Below, piece after piece: positions 60,342-64,000 of a DNA stretch of 64,000 nucleotides. The DNA is from Coniocarpon cinnabarinum (lineage: Eukaryota). Within the stretch, counting starts at the first letter, position 1; each line of letters opens with the position of its first letter. The stretch covers positions 1 through 64,000 of the forward strand of contig JAVECO010000049.1 in the NCBI GenBank assembly GCA_051942205.1, written 5' to 3'. Below the pieces are notes generated by a model. That model saw nothing but the letters and a program-made list of their open reading frames with translations. It was not told the origin of the DNA and did not search any database. The position numbers and the translations under genes are program-made.

Positions 60342-61592
60342 ATGCTCCTGCGTCTAGATTTACTTCCTGTCGAGGTGATTGAGCACGTAATATCAAACCT
60401 CGACATTGCTTCTATTAGTTGTCTCAACGTCGTCAACCGTCCGTTGCATGAATCTACCTTGCAACCCTTGTGGTCTAAGGTGACCTTCAGATTTTCTAAG
60501 CAGGAGGCAGCGTCTATTTTCATCGATACGTGCAAACGTAAACCAGCTATCAGAGAGGCTGTCAAGACTTTAGCTGTCATTGATAGCAGCTCGCCTTTCC
60601 ATGGACATCTTAACCTTTTCGATCAGCGTCCTGCACAGCCCATCTATGCAGAAAATGATCGCACTCTTGCCCGGCAGATCTGGCATATGGTGAGCAAGCT
60701 GCCATCCTTGCGAGAGCTTAGGACGGTCGCGCCTGCCGGAGATGCAACATTTCTGCAATCTCGTTTCGTGCTCATCCATTTGGAAAGGCTCGAGCTCACA
60801 CATAGTGAGATAAGCGAACAAAAACTGGGTTTGCTTTTGTCACGAACGCCACGCTTGAGACATCTACGCCTGGACATTGTTAAACTAGTTCCACCGAACA
60901 TCGGAACTATTCATACAGGTGAATTTGGACAGCCAGGGCCAGTGCAGGAAGTCAATCCAACAAACGCTCACGGCAATTCTGTCACAGCTCCAGGAGGGCC
61001 GATTGTAGATTGTCACGTCCTGGCAAATGCTTTGAGCCACTTGCAAAAGTCATTGATCAAATTGATCCTCACAGTTTCCAGTCAGATACTTCGTCACTCT
61101 GTGGCTCTGCCTGACGGCCGTCGTGTCTCATGTAAGCACCGTCTACAAACTCGCGGCCACTTGGAATCCTTCGTTGCTTTCGACAAACTCAAGTTTCTCG
61201 AGGTGCCTCTCGTGCTATTGTATAATGGCGACGGCTCTGAAAGGCTTCCGTCCAACTCATGTTCGAGAATGCAGAAATTGCTGCCCCGATCAATCGAGCA
61301 CCTCGTTTTTCGCAGCGATCTTGGTCACATGTGGCGGGACGATAAGCACGTTCTGAACCCTAACTGGGTCCCCTGGAGAAACCATACGCCATTGAGTTGG
61401 CATCCCTTTGCACCCCTCTGGCGGACATGCTCCTGTCGTTGCACGCACTGTCCTTTGTTTGATGGATGGGACCCCTGGCTATCCCACGGTGTATGGGAAA
61501 CGGATGTACATTGCTTTACCTTCGGTGAGGACCCAACGAGCAACCAAGGCAGTGCCGATTTCAAGGGGAGCGTTGGGTCGCAACTGCTGTAG
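60342..61592 (+). CDS. F-box-like / leucine-rich hypothetical protein
   Basis: N-terminal LDLLPVEVIEHVISNLD...L.VVNR.LH...LWSKV F-box-like motif and LRR-like segments (LPSLREL, LERLEL, TPRLRHLRL, KLKFLEVP, LPRSIEHL). The 3' end is uncertain. Confidence 0.65.
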   Translation: MLLRLDLLPVEVIEHVISNLDIASISCLNVVNRPLHESTLQPLWSKVTFRFSKQEAASIFIDTCKRKPAIREAVKTLAVIDSSSPFHGHLNLFDQRPAQPIYAENDRTLARQIWHMVSKLPSLRELRTVAPAGDATFLQSRFVLIHLERLELTHSEISEQKLGLLLSRTPRLRHLRLDIVKLVPPNIGTIHTGEFGQPGPVQEVNPTNAHGNSVTAPGGPIVDCHVLANALSHLQKSLIKLILTVSSQILRHSVALPDGRRVSCKHRLQTRGHLESFVAFDKLKFLEVPLVLLYNGDGSERLPSNSCSRMQKLLPRSIEHLVFRSDLGHMWRDDKHVLNPNWVPWRNHTPLSWHPFAPLWRTCSCRCTHCPLFDGWDPWLSHGVWETDVHCFTFGEDPTSNQGSADFKGSVGSQLL

Positions 61593-61921
61593 TAAATACA
61601 AATGATTTTGATGAACCTTTCTGAACCAGGATGTGCTTCCTTATACGATTTGTATTCTTGATCAAGCTTCACGCGAAAACACGACCAGCAAATCATCGCA
61701 GAAAACGCTTGGCGACCCGGATGCATGCTGTCTGGCATCATCGTGGTTGGCTCAAGCCACGATGTGTCACAACAGGGGTGCATGAAAAGAGGACATTAGT
61801 CGTTGCGAATAGGCGTTTGTGAGACAGTAGAGCACTCTGCATCTCGACGGCTTCGTTTCAAGTGAGGAGCGCGCAAAGCGGTATAGTGCCTCATGTCATC
61901 GTCCAAGTGGGCAATGTGATA

Positions 61922-61940
61922 CATATATTAACAAATTTTA
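61922..61940 (+). promoter_or_regulatory. TATA-like element upstream of the tRNA gene
   Basis: CATATATTAACAAATTTTA lies about 17-35 nt upstream of tRNA G1, where TFIIIB/TBP binds on Pol III genes. Confidence 0.4.
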
Positions 61941-61956
61941 TGAGACAGCGATTGAC

Positions 61957-62096
61957 GGGCAATTGGTTTAGGGGTATAATGTTCGCTTCGCATCTTCACG
62001 CGTCTCTGCGAAAGGTCCTGGGTTCGATTCCCAGATTGTCGTGCGTTTAATGCTTTTCAGACGATTGTATTGCCGTGTACTGACAGCGATCTAGCA
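61957..62096 (+). tRNA. tRNA-Ala(CGC) with a canonical 14-nt intron (61993-62006) and a 54-nt GT-AG insertion in the acceptor stem (62041-62094)
   Basis: Acceptor 5' GGGCAAT (61957-63); D arm GTT/AAT; anticodon stem TTCGC/GCGAA with CGC at 61989-91; T arm CTGGG-TTCGATT-CCCAG; acceptor 3' ATTGTC (62035-40) plus CA (62095-96). G3:U70 alanine identity pair; intact A and B boxes. Confidence 0.9.
62041..62094 (+). other. Candidate spliceosomal (U2-type) intron inside the tRNA acceptor stem
   Basis: Donor GTGCGT, branch TACTGAC (62078-84), acceptor TAG (62092-94), 54 nt long. Excision gives ...ATTGTC|CA. Confidence 0.75.
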
Positions 62097-62128
62097 TGCG
62101 GGTGCAGCGGTACAGCTGCATGCACGAC

Positions 62129-62138
62129 TTTTTCTTTT
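62129..62138 (+). terminator. RNA polymerase III terminator (T5-C-T4)
   Basis: TTTTTCTTTT is the first run of 5 or more T downstream of the tRNA and lies 32 nt after the displaced CA. Confidence 0.65.
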
Positions 62139-62564
62139 GAGCTATACAAAAACTCCACCAATGGTCATCTTACGACAGCTAGGTATCAAGCATCTTTACG
62201 TCTTGACTTCATACCTGTATAGTGTTGTATAGAATGTACGGAATAGCGATTTTTTACTTGACAGGACGAGTAAGAAGAGCTCATGGATTTATTGGAGGGT
62301 TTGATATCCGAGAAGAGCCTCACACCTGGCTACAGACAGTTGCAAGAGTTCCTGGTCAAGGCCTAGAGCTCAGTGCCTTCACATTTCTTCGACCAAGCCA
62401 ATATTCAAGAAAAGCGATATTGATCGGAACTAACTCCGCGATTGAGCTAAGCGTCAACGTGGGGACTTGGTCGCGAGCAGACAGCGAAGAGAGACGCGAC
62501 AATTCGGGTGCAATTTGTTCTAGGAGCTAGCTAGCCCTGAACATTTCTCCCCTCTCTTTTTGAT

Positions 62565-64000
62565 ATGCCAAACTTCAAGGATGAACATATTGTCGTACGC
62601 TCATGCATTCCATTTTCGCCATTTTCGCCGCAGCTACTAATGTTTACAACAGATCATTGCGCCGGGCTCGCAAACAACACTTGCGCAGCTCGGCCTTCCC
62701 GAGTCTTATACACCTGCACGACTGCGGTTGAAGTCGCGCATGTTCCCGGCTGAGAAGCCTGGACAATGGGAACCAAACAAAATCCGCTCTCGGCGACGCG
62801 CGAACAATCCACAGCAGCAACCCAATGGCGCCAACACCAACGGCGATGAAGCTGCCGACGAAGCTACAAAATCTGTCGTAGCGGGAAATGACGAACCGGT
62901 GCTCGAGGAAGATCCTGAATCAGACAAAGGAGCAGTTTGGCCCATTGAACAAGGTCGCGTCACCAATTGGCCTTGCTTTTTCGCGCTCATGGATCACTGT
63001 TTCCGATCACTAGGCGGTTCCTTCCACATGCCCATCATGCTCATTGCACAGCCTGCGTGGTCGGCAGCAGACCATACACGAATAACACGATTCTTTTTCG
63101 AGACATTCAAGTGTCCTGCGTTCGCCCTCATGGACTCGGCTCAAGCAGCATGCTACGCGTTTGGTGTTTCCACGGCCTGTGTGATTGATATTGGCAAAGA
63201 TAAAGCAGACGTCTCTGCAGTGACAGACTTCCTGGCTCATCAACAGGGCCGAGCGATCGCGGTCCCAGACTGTGGTGGCGAGGCCATGACCCAGCACCTG
63301 CTTCGCCAGTTGAAGTCGAGTGGATTTGATCGAGAAATGTGTGAGCAGCTCAAGGTCAGCAACATTTGTGAAATTCTGCCTCCTGGTGTGCCAATCCCTG
63401 GAAGTGCGAGGAACGGCCAGACACAGCAACAGACGAATGGAGCTACAAATCCCAATCCAGCCGCCGCTGCCTCCGCTGGATCGAACAATGTTGCGCCAAA
63501 GCCTGATGCAAAAACGAAAGCAGTTCCAGAGAACGGCAACGTGACCGAGCAGGCGATAGCGAATGAGGATGAGAATGAGGGTGTCCTCGATGTCGCGACT
63601 ATTGTGACTGGAGGCAACATGAACGAGATTCTGGAGAAAAAGGAGCAGGAGAGGGCCGAGAAGCAAACGACGCGCAAGAAGGGCGCAAACACAACTGCAG
63701 AACCGCCGAAGCCTGTGCGACTCAAAAATTCAGAAAGGGACGCAAACACGTTTGTCTTCTACGACAGAGCATCGAGAGAGGCTATCAAGGACGCGGAAGC
63801 AACGGGTAGCGGCTCCATGATAAATCCCGGAGCTAAGACTTCAGAGCAACAACAGAACATGGGTGTCAGCGATGACAGTAATGAAGCAGTAACATCGCCC
63901 ATTGAAGCAAACGCCACCTCGCCGCAGCAAACTTCACCAACAAATACCTCCTTTCCCTCGTCTGGTTCGTTACGACATCCTTTCGCACGAACAATAACTG
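62565..64000 (+). CDS. ARP9: Actin-related protein Arp9 (SWI/SNF and RSC), 3' partial
   Basis: MPNFKDEHIV/IIAPGSQTTLAQLGLPESYTP across intron 62595-62652, then GAVWPIEQGRVTNWPCFFAL, PIMLIAQPAW, FFETFKCPAF, ACVIDIGKDKADVSAV. The frame is open to the window end. Confidence 0.88.

Noticed and set aside
61957..62042. tRNA-Pro, or a simple tRNA pseudogene ending at 62042
   Set aside because: The D arm resembles Pro tRNAs, but the anticodon CGC and the G3:U70 pair indicate Ala. A plain pseudogene does not explain donor, branch and acceptor signals that restore C72-A73 exactly, although it is not formally excluded.
63010..63749. Long minus-strand ORFs (also 28168-28917, 29254-29751, 24347-24874, 17816-18265 and similar)
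   Set aside because: These are antisense or alternate-frame shadows of well-supported genes, with no recognisable motifs.

Overview
Eukaryotic DNA from a filamentous ascomycete (Pezizomycotina). Evidence: short 47-85 nt GT-AG introns with CTRAY branch points and fungal-type proteins. About 20 protein genes are supported: NAM9-like (5' partial), EXO70, GH31 alpha-glucosidase, group III G-alpha, HOG1, AVL9, cullin-1, MED21, a NACHT/NLR-like gene with a premature stop and an intronic MITE, an SDR, KHE1-like, SRF1-like, a cupin, RRG7-like, a Rad5/HLTF-like SNF2 helicase, LSB6, a 4-TM hypothetical, ARH1, NADAR, F-box-like and ARP9 (3' partial). About 6.3-15.9 kb is gene-poor, with decayed ORFs and a 74-bp tandem repeat. 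The most striking observation is a tRNA-Ala(CGC) gene at 61957-62096. It has a normal 14-nt tRNA intron, and its acceptor stem is also broken between positions 71 and 72 by a 54-nt segment with spliceosomal signals (GTGCGT...TACTGAC...TAG). Removing that segment exactly restores C72 and the A73 discriminator, so this is a candidate spliceosomal intron in a tRNA gene. All exon models were read by eye, and no database searches were run.
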